In this document: positions 32,518 to 47,925 of the stretch, in pieces
Position numbering within the stretch: the stretch's first letter is position 1
How the letters are laid out: each line of letters begins with the position of its first letter
Source: Dictyostelium discoideum
Lineage: Eukaryota
Assembly (NCBI GenBank): GCA_000004695.1
Contig: CM000153.2
Coordinates: 2,624,001 to 2,688,000 of the forward strand
Direction: 5' to 3'
DNA: 64,000 bases
Notes under the pieces: model-generated
The model's database searches: none
What the model saw: only the letters and a program-made list of their open reading frames with translations
What the model was told of the DNA's origin: nothing
Position numbers and translations under genes: made by a program

Positions 32518-32765
32518 GTCCAATCGCACACGATCATTGAAAAAAAAAAAAAAAGAAAATAAAATTAAATTTTTTAAAAAAAAATATCTTCGAATTTGAA
32601 AAGAAAAATCAGCTAGAAAAAAAAAGTATAAAAATGAAAATTTTTTTTTTTTTAATCATTCCAAAACAACAATTTTACTCTGTACTATTACCTCTACAAC
32701 TATTTTTTTGTAACATTAAACTTAAATCAATTGTATATTATTTTAAAAAAAATAAATAAATAAAG

Positions 32766-33147
32766 ATGTTAATTGGTAAATATTTATATATAAAATTAAA
32801 ATAAAACTATCAACAAAATAAATAAATAAATAAATAATTGCTAACATTTTAATAATCAAAATTAAATTTTAGACGCTTTAACCAAACTCTCATTCGGTGC
32901 TGGTAAATCAAGTGCCACCAAGGTTTCCTCCAAATCATCCACTGGTATTTCCTTTGGAAATAACAATGTAACATGGAATGGTCTCCCACCACCACCACCA
33001 CCACCACCATACGTATGTGTTTTCTCTCTATTTTAGAATTTATCTTTAAAATATATTCCATTACTAACCCATTTCCCTCTTTCTTTTTTTTTCTATCTTT
33101 TATTTTAATTCTAATAGCGTGGTGATGCTCCAGAAGAAGAAGAATAA
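32766..33147 (+). CDS. Copy C of the same small gene (plus strand, inverted relative to A/B)
   Basis: Exon 1 32766..32775 (ATGTTAATTG|gtaaatattt), exon 2 32873..33012, exon 3 33118..33147. Intron 1 holds a conserved tgCTAACatttt branch-like element about 30 nt upstream of the ttttag acceptor. The track ORFs 32849..33061(-) and 30972..31157(+) are antisense or partial artefacts of these copies. Confidence 0.65.
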
Positions 33148-35078
33148 TTGTAAAATTATTTAAAAATAAAATACCCGTTATTGGGTCGATGTATTACTTA
33201 ATATATATAGGATTGGATTTGAGAGTATTCAGTTGTGTATTTATTATTATTATTGTAATTGTTTTTTTTTATTTTTTTCGAATGGAGGTGGTGCAACTCG
33301 TTTGTGATTTTTAAAATTTCTTTGAAATTATGGAAAAAATAAATAATAAAATTTCTTATTTGTTTGAATTGTAAATACAAAAAAAAAAATAAAAAAATAA
33401 ACGATTAATTAAATCTGTATAATTTAAAAATAAAAATTTTTTTTAATAAGTTAAAAATTAAGGTGATATTAAAACATTAACAACCTACAACACAGCCAAC
33501 CAAAAGCAAATCCACTCCCATTGGAGGACTATTTGGATAATAAGCAAATACACGATCAATAAAGGAGTTACTGGTAAAATTAGATCAATTGATTCATTTA
33601 GGTGGATATGTACAAAAATTTACCAACTGTGTCACAAATGGTAATACACATTGAAGGATCAAATTATGTTCAATCGGCTATTCTACCACATTATATACAA
33701 GCTACACATAAAGAAGACTTACTTTTCGATTTAGATTTAAACTATCTTTTCAATCTTGGTATAGTTACATTTGAGAGAGTGCTCGGATTGATTGAAACAT
33801 TGAACCAACAAGAACAGCAACAACAAAATAATATAGCAATAGTAGTACAAAAACAACAGGAAACAACTTTCACAATTTTAAAATAAATTAGAGAATCAAA
33901 TACCACCAACACCAAACTCATTGAATAAAATCTACTTCAATTGGTGAGGATGGTAAACCTTTGTACCGATGTAAAGATGTTGGTGGTGATACCTTTATGG
34001 TCCATTCAAAGGAACCATTTTAAATATTTTTTAGAAAAGTAAATCACCAATTTACTTTTTTTTAAAAAAAAAAAATTTAATCCAAAAAAAAAAAAAAAAA
34101 ATAAAATAAAATTGGATTACAATTCACTTTTTTATTAAAATTATCTCATATCTATTTAAAAAAAGAGTAGATATATTATCTATTTTTTTATCTATTTTTT
34201 TTTTTTTTTATGAGGTTACTTTTTTTTTTTATTTTTTTTTTTTGCATCTTCCAAATACAAAAGATATTTTTCAATTAAATAATAATTTTAATTTTTTTTA
34301 AATATCAAATTAAATAAAATTTTATTAAAATGTTTTTCATGATTCACAATTCTTGTGAACTTTCACTGGTGGAAATTTTTTTTTTTAGGCACTAAAAATC
34401 TTTTTTTAATTGAAATTTGTTGTGTTGGAATTTTTTTTTTTTTTTTTTTATATTAATTATTTTATTTGAAAATTGGATTGATTTTATTTTTAGCAAAGAT
34501 TAGATCTCGCACACAAAATAAAAATATCTTTGCGCACAATAAATTTAATTTTATTTATTTTATTAAATTTAATCCAATAAACTCACTCCCATTTAATTTA
34601 ACCTATTTTTTTTTTTTCTTTTCTTTTTTTTTTTTCTTTTTCTTTTTTTTTTTATTTTTAGTGAAAATTAGTTGGGCAAAATGATATATTTTGATTTTTC
34701 AATATCCTTCAAAACAAAAAAAAATAATTTAAAAAAAATAAAAATGATTTTAAATAAAAAAAAACTAAAATTATGATATTTCCTCATACAAAATATAGTT
34801 TCATCAATTTGTGTTTTTTTTAAAAAAAAAAAAAATAAAAAAAAACAAATTGTAAATTAATATCTTCAAGGAAAATGATTTAAAGAAAAACAAACACTTA
34901 AAAAAAAAAGTATAAAAATGAAATTTTTTTTTTTTTTTTAATCATTTCAAAACAACAATTTGTACCAATACTACTATTATTTCTATTTGTAAAAATACTT
35001 TCTATCTTTTAATATAATTTTAAATATTATCAACAACCCAAAAAAAAAATAAATAAATAAATAAATATAAAAATAAAA

Positions 35079-35474
35079 ATGTTAATTGGTAAAAATTAAT
35101 TTTTTAAATGAATAAAAATTAAAATTAAAATAAAACAATCAACAAAATAAATAATTAAATAAATAAATAAAATAATTGCTAACATTTTAATAATCAAAAT
35201 TAAATTTTAGACGCTTTAACCAAACTCTCATTCGGTGCCAGTAAATCAAGTGCTACCAAGGTTTCCTCCAAATCATCCACTGGTATTTCCTTTGGAAATA
35301 ACAATGTAACATGGAATGGTCTCCCACCACCACCACCACCACCACCATACGTATGTGTTTTCTCTCTATTTTAGAATTTATCTTTAAATATGTTCCATTA
35401 CTAACCTGTTTTTCATTTTTCTTTTTCTTTTTCTTTTTCTTTTTTAATAGCGTGATGCTCCAGAAGAAGAATAA
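35079..35474 (+). CDS. Copy D of the same small gene (plus strand); two in-frame codon deletions in the last exon
   Basis: Exon 1 35079..35088 (donor GTAAAA), exon 2 35211..35350 (Gly>Ser change), exon 3 35451..35474 (CGTGATGCTCCAGAAGAAGAATAA = RDAPEEE*, lacking one GGT and one GAA relative to copies A-C). In-frame indels and mostly synonymous substitutions indicate purifying selection. Confidence 0.6.
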
Positions 35475-35669
35475 TTGTAAACTATTTAAAAATAAATCAC
35501 TCATCACAGAGCCAATGTATTTCAAAATATATCATTTATTTTAAAAATAAAAATAACCCTTAATTGGGTATTCATTACAAAATATAATATATATATATAT
35601 AAATAATTTAATATTTTGATATTAATTTTATTATTGTTTTTTTTTTTTTTTTTTTTTATAAAGAGTTAA

Positions 35670-39221
<3,552 letters not shown>

Positions 39222-39611
39222 GGTTTTAATTTTTAAATTTTTTTTATTTTATTTTATTTTATATTTTATTTTTTAATTTTTATTTATTATTATTATTTGT
39301 TTTTTTATTTTTTTTATTATTATTATTTGTTTTTTTAATAAATAAATATATATATGTTTATATGTTTATATGTTTAAAAAAATTATTAATAAAAAAAAAA
39401 AATTATAAAATACATTTACACAAATAAATTTTTTTTTTTTTTTTTTTTTTTTATCTATTTTTTATTTTAAAAATTTTTTTTTTTTATTTTTTATTTTAAA
39501 AATTTTTTTTTTAATTTTAAATTTTGTTGTCCAAAAGTGTATGACACTTGTCCCACCCTTTTTTTTAATATTTTCCAAAAATAATTAAAATTTCAACAAC
39601 TTTTTTATTTT

Positions 39612-39642
<31 letters not shown>

Positions 39643-39857
39643 TTTTTTTTTTATCTGTTTACAAATTTCTTTATAACCCCTTTTTTTTTTTTTTTTTTTT
39701 TTTTTTACAATTTTTTAAATGTAATTTTTTTTTTTTTTTTTTTTACTTTCACTATCTATTTTAAAAACATTATACAAAATATTCATTTTTATAACTTTAT
39801 TTCTATTTTCGTAATTATCGTTTTAAAAAATCCCCCCAAAATTTCGAAACATAAATA

Positions 39858-39898
<41 letters not shown>

Positions 39899-40010
39899 AT
39901 TTTTTAGAAAAATGAAAACACTTTTCTAAATAAAAAAAATGGTTTTAAAAAATTTTTAGGTTTTTTTTTTTTTTATTTTATTAAATTTATTCACATAGTG
40001 TATTAAAACT

Positions 40011-41078
40011 ATGAAATTATTTATTTTATTAATATTATTAATAGGTGTATTATTATTTAATGGGATCAATGGTGATGAATATGTAAATTTCATACCCTAT
40101 TCAAATGATGAATGTGTAGGTGATGAAATTGGTATTGGATATTCAAGTTTATTATCAAAATGTTTACCTTCTATTGATTCTCAACAAAATTATTTATTTA
40201 CATTGAAACCAAAAAATGTAATAGAATGGAAAGTTTTCAAATATTCAAATAAAAATCACCACAATAACGATAGTTGCAATCTAAATAAAACTACCATTTT
40301 ACAACCATCATTTACAACTAAAATCGGATCATGTATTTCAAGTGAATATATTAATTTAGATTCAAAGATTTCATTATCTTCACCAACCCACTACAAAATA
40401 TCAATTACAAAGAATTCACCATATATTAGCGCAAAATCAATTGTTAATAGTTTTACATTTGATAAAAAATGTTCTTCTTCTTCAAATAATAATAATGATG
40501 ATGATGTTTTATTAATTCAATATTTTACAAATGATTTAAATGTTAAATTAAACAATAAAAATAAGATTTCATATCATTGTATAAACGATAAAGCATTTAC
40601 CAAAAATCAATTTGAATTTGTTGAACCAATAACTAAAGAATGTGTGCAATTTGGAAATGGTAATGCTAATGCTATTTCAAGTTTAATTAAAAATAAATTT
40701 GTGGATTTAAAATTTGGATTTGGAAGTGGAAGTGGGAGTGGAAGTGGAAGTAGTGGTGGTGAAGATTCAAGTAGTACTACTGGTAATACTGGTGATTCAA
40801 GTACTGGAAATACTGGTGAATCATCAATATCATCAAGTACAGGTGGTAATAGTGATACTTCAGGTGGTAATAGTGGTTTTTCAAGTGATACCTCAGGTGG
40901 TAATAGTGGTTTTTCAAGTACAACCGAGGTTACAACTGCTACCTCTGCAACTACTGGTGGCGCAACAAGTGGTGATGATAATGATGGAACTGGTGCAACC
41001 AATTTCATTGATTATAAACTTCCAAATCCATCACCTACCCATCACAAAATTTTTAAAAAAACATATTGTTCCAAATAA
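40011..41078 (+). CDS. Secreted/surface Ser-Gly-Thr-rich mucin-like protein (355 aa)
   Basis: Signal peptide MKLFILLILLIGVLLFNGINGDEY. The Cys-containing N-terminal domain is followed by GSGSGSGSGSSGG and tandem SGGNSGFSSDTSGGNSGFSS repeats. The overlapping track ORFs 40607..41008(-) and 40714..41100(+) are repeat-driven artefacts. Confidence 0.55.
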   Translation: MKLFILLILLIGVLLFNGINGDEYVNFIPYSNDECVGDEIGIGYSSLLSKCLPSIDSQQNYLFTLKPKNVIEWKVFKYSNKNHHNNDSCNLNKTTILQPSFTTKIGSCISSEYINLDSKISLSSPTHYKISITKNSPYISAKSIVNSFTFDKKCSSSSNNNNDDDVLLIQYFTNDLNVKLNNKNKISYHCINDKAFTKNQFEFVEPITKECVQFGNGNANAISSLIKNKFVDLKFGFGSGSGSGSGSSGGEDSSSTTGNTGDSSTGNTGESSISSSTGGNSDTSGGNSGFSSDTSGGNSGFSSTTEVTTATSATTGGATSGDDNDGTGATNFIDYKLPNPSPTHHKIFKKTYCSK

Positions 41079-41359
41079 AAAAATTAAAAAAATAAAATAA
41101 AAATAAAAATAAAATAAAAATAATTCCAATCATTATTATTATTATTTAAATAATTTTATAAAATAAAATAAAAATTATATATTTTTAAACTTTTCATTTA
41201 TTTATTTATTTATTTTTTATTTTTTTTATTTTTATTTTGAGAACAAACACACACAAAAATTTGTCATTTACAAAAAAAAAAAAAAAATTAAAAAATAAAA
41301 AAATTGTTTTTTTTTTTTTTCATATTTTTTGTGAAAATTAAGTATAATTAAAATTTAAA

Positions 41360-41576
41360 ATGAATAGAGGATTTAATAAATTTATGAATATCAATAGAAT
41401 AAATTTAAATTCAATTCTTAATTCAAAAAATTTTCAAAATCAAAAACTAATCTTTACAAAATTAAATAAACAAATTAAAAATGGTATTAACATTACATCA
41501 TTCCCTCAAATAAGAGAGTTTGCATCATCGTCATCATCATCGTCATCTCCTTCTTTTTCATTATCATCATTACTAC

Positions 41577-41658
<82 letters not shown>

Positions 41659-42157
41659 GAGAAATTATTACAAAAACAATAGAAATACCAATACTGAAAG
41701 TTTAGAAAATTGTTCATTGGGATTTAAAACTGGAGAATGGGATCAAGAAAAAAAAGATAAATATTATAAATCGGCAAAGAAATCATCATCTGTAATTTAT
41801 GCTATAATTGGTATCAATGTTGCTATTTGGAGTAAGTTAAAATAATCAATTTGTTTTAATATACCATTGAAAAAAAAAAAAAAAAAAAAAAAATTAATAT
41901 GGTTATTTATTTTTATTTTTTTTTTGTTACTAATTGAATAACAAATCAAATTAATTATTTGATTTTTATTTTTTCTAAAAATTTTAAATTAGTGTTTCTT
42001 AATAGTGATGATTCATATAGTTTTCAAAGAATGATTGGAAAGAATTTCATGTTGAGTCTTGATAATTTCAAAAGTCAACCAATAACTCTTTTGACAAGTA
42101 TGTTTGCTCACACTGATGGTTTTCATTTATTAGTAAGTATTATTATTATTATTATTG

Positions 42158-42203
<46 letters not shown>

Positions 42204-42735
42204 TACTAACTTTACCAACTCTATTATTTAAATTAGTTTAATGTAAATATTATTAGTTATTTATTTATTATTATTTATTATTTATTATTATTATTATTTT
42301 GAAATTAATTTTTTTTATTAGATGTTTGCATTATATTCATTAGGTCCAAATGTTTTATATTCGTTAGGTAGTTCAGCATTTTTTGGAATGTATATGGGTG
42401 CAGGTATTTTATCAGGTGTTGGATTTTTAGCAGTTCAAAAGTTTTATAATAGTAAAAATTATTACGATCAAAAGCGTTTACAAAATACTCGTGCCTTAGG
42501 AGCATCAGGAGCAATTAGTGGGGTTTTAATGCTGTTCGCTTGTTTATATCCAAGAATGACCCTCAATATTTATGGTATCATTCCAGTTCCAGCTGCACTT
42601 TTGGTATCTGCCTATTTCGCATACGATTTATATAATGAAGTTTTCAGAAAACAAACTGGTGTTTGTCATGTTGGTCATCTTTGTGGTGGTCTTTATGGTC
42701 TTGGTTATTATTTAGCAAATAGAAGAAGATTTTAA
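41360..42735 (+). CDS. Rhomboid intramembrane serine protease, PARL/mitochondrial-type, 3 exons
   Basis: Exon 1 41360..41831 (N-terminal Lys/Asn-rich presequence-like region, poly-Ser of about 35 residues, ..VIYAIIGINVAIW, donor A|GTAAGT). Exon 2 41993..42132 (MFLNSDDSYSFQRMIGKNFMLSLDNFKSQPITLLTSMFAHTDGFHLL, donor GTAAGT). Exon 3 42322..42735 (MFALYSLGPNV...GASGAISGVLMLFA...HVGHLCGGLYGLGYYLANRRRF*). It has the rhomboid catalytic GxSG motif (GASGAISG), the TM6 His in HVGHLCGG, and the HxxxxHLxxN TM2 motif. Confidence 0.8.
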
Positions 42736-42785
42736 AAATAAAATAAAAATAAAATAAAATAAATAAATAAAAAAAGTCAAATAAC

Positions 42786-42825
<40 letters not shown>

Positions 42826-42992
42826 TTCTTATTCTTGGTTCATAAAATAAAAATGAAATTCCTTTTGATTTTTTTCTTTTTTGATTTTTTATAAATATAC
42901 ATGTATACACACCAAATGGATATTTTATTCTATTTTATTTTATTTTATAGTCTAATGTATTATTTCTAATGTAATTATTATTATTATTGTCA

Positions 42993-43577
42993 TTATATTT
43001 TTGGAGAAGATGGTGAAGTTGGTGATGAAATTGAAGAGGATGATGACTCTGGTATTGATAATGATACATCTAAAAATTGATAATTGAAAAATAAATCATC
43101 TAAAGTTATTAAATCATCAGCAGATTTCTTATTTGAAAATACTGTTCCAATTGGTTTCGATACATATATACCCCTTGAATCTGGATAAATAAATGCAAAT
43201 TCAAATTTTGATTCTTTATGTCTTGCTAATTTATATGTTTCTTTAATTAAAATTGTAATTTCTTTTAATGTTGCATTTCTCCTAAATTAAATAAATAAAT
43301 TAATTAATAAATAAATTAAAAATTAAAAAATATAAAAAATATGAAATTACCATGTATAGATTTGAATTTCATCTTTTTCTGGTACATTTCTTGAAGAAAA
43401 TTCACTAGGACTATGAAATGAACCTTCTTTAATAAAAACTCTTAATAAGAATGGGCAGATCTTTTCCCTATTTAGTGTTGCTATTCCTAAATTACTTCCA
43501 TTGCCTGTTGAATTAATATTATTATTATTATTATTATAATGATAATTATGATGAGAGAAACCTCCCTTATTGGTCAT
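42993..43577 (-). CDS. sap18: SAP18 (Sin3-associated polypeptide p18), 2 exons
   Basis: Exon 1 43351..43577 (MTNKGGFSHHNYHYNNNNNN...REKICPFLLRVFIKEGSFHSPSEFSSRNVPEKDEIQIYTW, donor TG|GTAATT). Exon 2 42993..43281 (RNATLKEITILIKETYKLARHKESKFEFAFIYPDSRGIYVSKPIGTVFSNKKSADDLITLDDLFFNYQFLDVSLSIPESS..*). It matches human SAP18 blocks CPLLLRVFTT, ELQIYTWMDATLKELTSLVKEVYPEARKKGTHFNFAIVF. Confidence 0.85.
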
Positions 43578-43884
43578 TGGGAATATAATTTAAATAATTT
43601 TATGAAAAATAAAATTCAAAAAAAAAAAAAAAAAAAATTTATTCGAGAACGAATTGTTACTTATTTACTTGTTTATTTTTCATTATTATTTTTTTTTTTT
43701 ATTTTTATTTTTTTTTTTTTTTCATTTTTTATTTTCATTTTTTTTTTTTTTTCATTTTTTTTTTTTTTTTATCTTTTTTGAATTAATTTTTTTTTTTCAT
43801 CTTTTTGAATTAATTTTTTTTTTATTTTTATTTTTAATTTATTCAAGTTCAATTTTTTAAAAATATATATATATCCATATAAAG

Positions 43885-44401
43885 ATGTTAAAAAGTTTAA
43901 ATTTTATAAATAGAGTAACAGTATCTTCATTATCAAAAACTCGTAACTTCACATCACAAGTTAATAAAGAAACATGGGATAAATATGTTGCAAGCAATAA
44001 AAAACCAGTTGTTGTTGATTTCTTTGCTACGTATGTTTTTCTTTTTTAATTTTATTTTTGCCTATTTCTCTTATTCTTTTTAATTTTGTGTATAGATAAA
44101 AAAAAAAAATTTAAAAAAATAAAAACTAACCTAAACATTTTATTTTTATAGATGGTGTCCACCTTGTAAACAACTTGAACCAGTATTAGTAAAAGCAGTA
44201 GAAGATTATGGAAAATGTGATTTATATAAATATGACATATCTGAAGAAGAAGGATTTCACGAAAAATTTGGAATTCAATCAATTCCACATGTTATTGGTT
44301 TTCATAATAACAAAATAGTTTTCGAATTCAAAGGTGCCATTCCAGCATCCCAAGTTAAAAAACATTTGGAAAAATTTGATGAACATTTAGGCGAAAAATA
44401 A
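43885..44401 (+). CDS. Thioredoxin with N-terminal extension (mitochondrial-type), active site WCPPC; 2 exons
   Basis: Exon 1 43885..44030 (MLKSLNFINRVTVSSLSKTRNFTSQVNKETWDKYVASNKKPVVVDFFA+AC, donor GTATGT). The intron has a CTAAC branch site. Exon 2 44152..44401 (TWCPPCKQLEPVLVKAVEDYGKCDLYKYDISEEEGFHEKFGIQSIPHVIGFHNNKIVFEFKGAIPASQVKKHLEKFDEHLGEK*). Confidence 0.85.
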
Positions 44402-44955
44402 AAAACAAATAAAAAAAAAAAAAATATATTAAATAAATAATTAAAAAAAAAAAAAAAAAAAATTTGGATAATTCCTTTTTATCATTTTTTTTTTTTAATT
44501 TATATTTATATTTATTTTTAAAAAATAATACTAATAATATTAATTAAAATTAACAGTTTTTGGTGGTTAATTTTTTAAAAAACAGATTTAAAAAAAAAAA
44601 AAAACCACAAAAAAAATAAAAAAAAAATCTAATTGTTTAAAGATTAAATATAAAATTAATTATTTTATTTTATTTTTTTTATCCACCCCATCTATTTAAT
44701 TTTATCCACCAAATGTACTTTAAATGCACTAGTTATTCTAAAGTAGTTTTTTTTAATTATTTAAAAAAAAAAAAAATATATTAAATAAATTTTAAAAAGA
44801 AAAAAATAAAAAAATAAAAAAATAAATATAAAAAAACAAAAAAAATTATTTAATTCAATAAAAAAAAATTTAAAAAAATTTATTAAAGGTTATAAACAAA
44901 TCATTCCTTCTTGACTTAAATAAATAATCAGTTACTCAATTATAAAAATTTTAAA

Positions 44956-45455
44956 ATGATTAGAAATATAAGTAAAAGTATTGTAAATTTAAATTCTCAA
45001 AAAATTGCAACAAATACTTCATTTAAAGAACTTGTACTTGAATCAAAAAAGCCTGTTATTGTAGATATTAGGCCATGGTAAATTTTAAAATAAAATAAAA
45101 TTAAAAAATAGAAAATAATAAAATGTTTATTGATTTTTAAATTTTTCTTAACATTTTTTTTTATTATTTTTTTTTTTTCTTTATTTATATATATAGTTAT
45201 TATACACCAACAAAGTTTTTAAATAAAGAATTATTTGAAGCAATTAAAGAAAAAAATGATACATTTGAATTAGTAACAATTGATTTCGATGAAGAATATG
45301 AATTGGCAAAGCTTTTAAAAATTCAAAGTTTTCCAACTATAATTGGTTTTTCAAATGGTAATTTCTTAAAAAAACATACTGGTCCATTCCGTAGTAAAAG
45401 CCATATCCTTGAATTTTTAAATCACATTGAAACTGAACATAAAAAAAAATATTAA
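44956..45455 (+). CDS. Thioredoxin-like paralogue with a degenerate active site (RPCYYTPT instead of WCxPC); 2 exons, tandem to the thioredoxin gene
   Basis: Exon 1 44956..45077 (MIRNISKSIVNLNSQKIATNTSFKELVLESKKPVIVDIRP+TG, donor GTAAAT). Exon 2 45197..45455 (CYYTPTKFLNKELFEAIKEKNDTFELVTIDFDEEYELAKLLKIQSFPTIIGFSNGNFLKKHTGPFRSKSHILEFLNHIETEHKKKY*). Same fold length and the conserved ..FPT..gF.nG block as the upstream thioredoxin. Confidence 0.6.
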
Positions 45456-45584
45456 TGTAAAACTCTAAAAAAAAAAAAAAAAAAAAAAAAAAAGCTTAAT
45501 TAAATAAAAAAAAAAAAACTAATAATAAAATGTATAATATATTTTTTAAAAATTCATTTTTATTTTATTTATTTATTATTTTAT

Positions 45585-47865
45585 TTATTTATTATTATTA
45601 TTATTATTTACCACATGATTTAATAATGCGATTGAATTTGAAAAAGAGAAATTAATATTTTGACCTCTTGATCTTATATAAATGGTACGAAGATTAATTA
45701 AAATATAAATTATTAAAGATATTAATAATGTAAATAACACAATCCATGGTAATACATGCATACCAATATATTGTTGACATATACCAATTAACCATGGAAT
45801 TACGATCTCTCCTGCCACTGCACCAATAACCATATAGGATGTTGATTCACCAGTAACTGGTATCGATAAATTTTGAGGGAGAGAGAACGCAGTTGGGAAA
45901 ATTGATGCTAAACTTAAACCCAATCCAGCAGTTGATATCCAAAGTATAGCTGATGAATTTGGGAAAAATATCATTAAAAGTGTAAAGAAGAAACAACCCA
46001 ATGTATCCATAATAACCATCTTTTGAGGTGACATTACCAATGATATAAAAACTCCTGCTAATCTACCAACTGTAAAACTTCCCCAAAACATTGAATTTAA
46101 TAATGCTCCTGTTTTTTCATCAAATTTTAAATTTTCAATACTATATTAAAAAAAAAAAAAAAAATTAGTTAAAATTATAATGATAAATAATTAATAATAA
46201 TAATAATAATTACCTAAATGTACAAATCCAACCACCAAAACCACTTTCACCACCGACATAAAAAAATAAGAATACAGCTATTGCAGCTATAACTTCAATT
46301 TTTAATCTTTTTTCTGTTTTTGAACTACTGATATCATTATTATTACTATTATTAATCTTTAAATCTGTTGATTCATTAATTTTATCATTTATAGTGTTTG
46401 TAATTGCATCATCAACAATATTTGAACTGTTATTATTATTATTATTATTACTATTATCATCAATATTACCAGTGGAAGGTATTAATTCAATATCTTCTAC
46501 AACTGGTGGTTTTGCAGGTTTTAAAAATATAACAGTAAGAAAACTTGAAAGCATAACCATTGATAATACGAAATATTGAGTGAATAATGAATTTTCAGAC
46601 ATTCCTGCAACAAATAAAGGTGCAACAAAAGCTCCAAGACCAAAAGAAAAATGTAAAAGTTGCATGAATGGGTTAACTTTTTCCTTCCATACCCAAACTA
46701 TTAATGTATTTAAACTTGAATCGATTAATCCTGCACCTCCACCCTCCAACATGAATAAAAATGCTGTTAACCAAATATTCTTACTTAATGGTATTAATAA
46801 TAATGATATTGACATTAATATAACACAACCTGCAATTACTAAATTATTATTTTTAACCCTATCTAAAAACTATTTTTTTTAAAAAATAAAATAAATAATA
46901 ATAATTTAGTAAATTAAAAAATAAATAGGATATATGATTATGTAATAATAACAATAATAATAATAATAATAATAATTATTATTATTATTACTTACTCTAC
47001 AACCTAATGAAAATATAAAATAACCAAGACCTCTTGCAGAAAAAAAATAACCAACTTGATCAGTTGAAGCATGTAAATGATAAGTGAAACTATGTAATGT
47101 TGGACCTAAAGAACCAACACTAATACCTAAAGCTACAAAACAAAATAAATAAGCTGAAGTTAAGATTAATTCAGATCTATGCATTGAAGCATCAATTTTA
47201 ATCTTTTCACATTGTTCCAGTATTCTTTCATAGATATTATTATTATAGTTCTTTTTAATATATTGACTGAAAGGGGCAATATAACCACTATCATCCATCG
47301 ATGTTATAAAATCACTTTCATTCAATTCATTAACTCCATTATCATCCAATGTTAATGTAAATTCGTTAAATGATTGTTGATGTTTATTTTTAAAATTTTT
47401 ACCATATATATTATCATCATCATATTCATTATTGTCATCGCTATAACTACCAATTACATTAATATTATTATTATTATAGTTGATATTATTATTATTACTA
47501 TTATTATTCGGTATATAATTACTATTATTATTATTATTATTATTACTTCTATTAGATGATTTTATATTTTGATAATCTTCCTCTTCTTCTTCTTCTTGTT
47601 GTTCTTCTTGTTGTTGCTGTTGTTGAATATCTATTGAAGTTTTTGGTGGTGAAATTAAACTTTGACTGTCATCATTAAATTCTTCAATTTCTCCAGACAT
47701 GTTTATATCCTCTTTACTTTGATTCATTATAATGGCACCACTATTTGATCCAATGGATGCTGTACCTTCTTCTGAAAATTCACTATCATATTGGTTAATA
47801 TTATTTTCATTGCCATTACTAACGCTATTTGAATCTTCCAATCTAATGAAATCTCCTTTTGTCAT
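45585..47865 (-). CDS. Major facilitator superfamily transporter (MFSD4/NaGLT1-like), 3 exons
   Basis: Exon 1 46996..47865 (long Asn/Gln/Glu-rich N-terminal extension, then TM1-2 ..LILTSAYLFCFVALGISVGSLGPTL..GYFFSARGLGYFIFSLGCR, donor GTAAGT). Exon 2 46214..46869 (FLDRVKNNNLVIAGCVILMSISLLLIPLS...; the MFS loop motif G..(F)LDR; donor AG|GTAATT). Exon 3 45585..46140 (SIENLKFDEKTGALLNSMFWGSFTVGRLAGVFISL ... *). About 12 TM helices. Confidence 0.7.
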
Positions 47866-47889
47866 TATTGTTATGGTGTGTGGGTTGAT

Positions 47890-47925
<36 letters not shown>

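Noticed and set aside
40607-41100. ORFs 40607..41008(-) and 40714..41100(+) overlapping the Ser/Gly-rich gene, and 41493..41717(-)/41520..41705(+) overlapping the rhomboid poly-Ser
   Set aside because: These are alternative-frame readings of trinucleotide coding repeats (poly-V/L/P, poly-M/H). The sense frames belong to genes with signal peptides or catalytic motifs.
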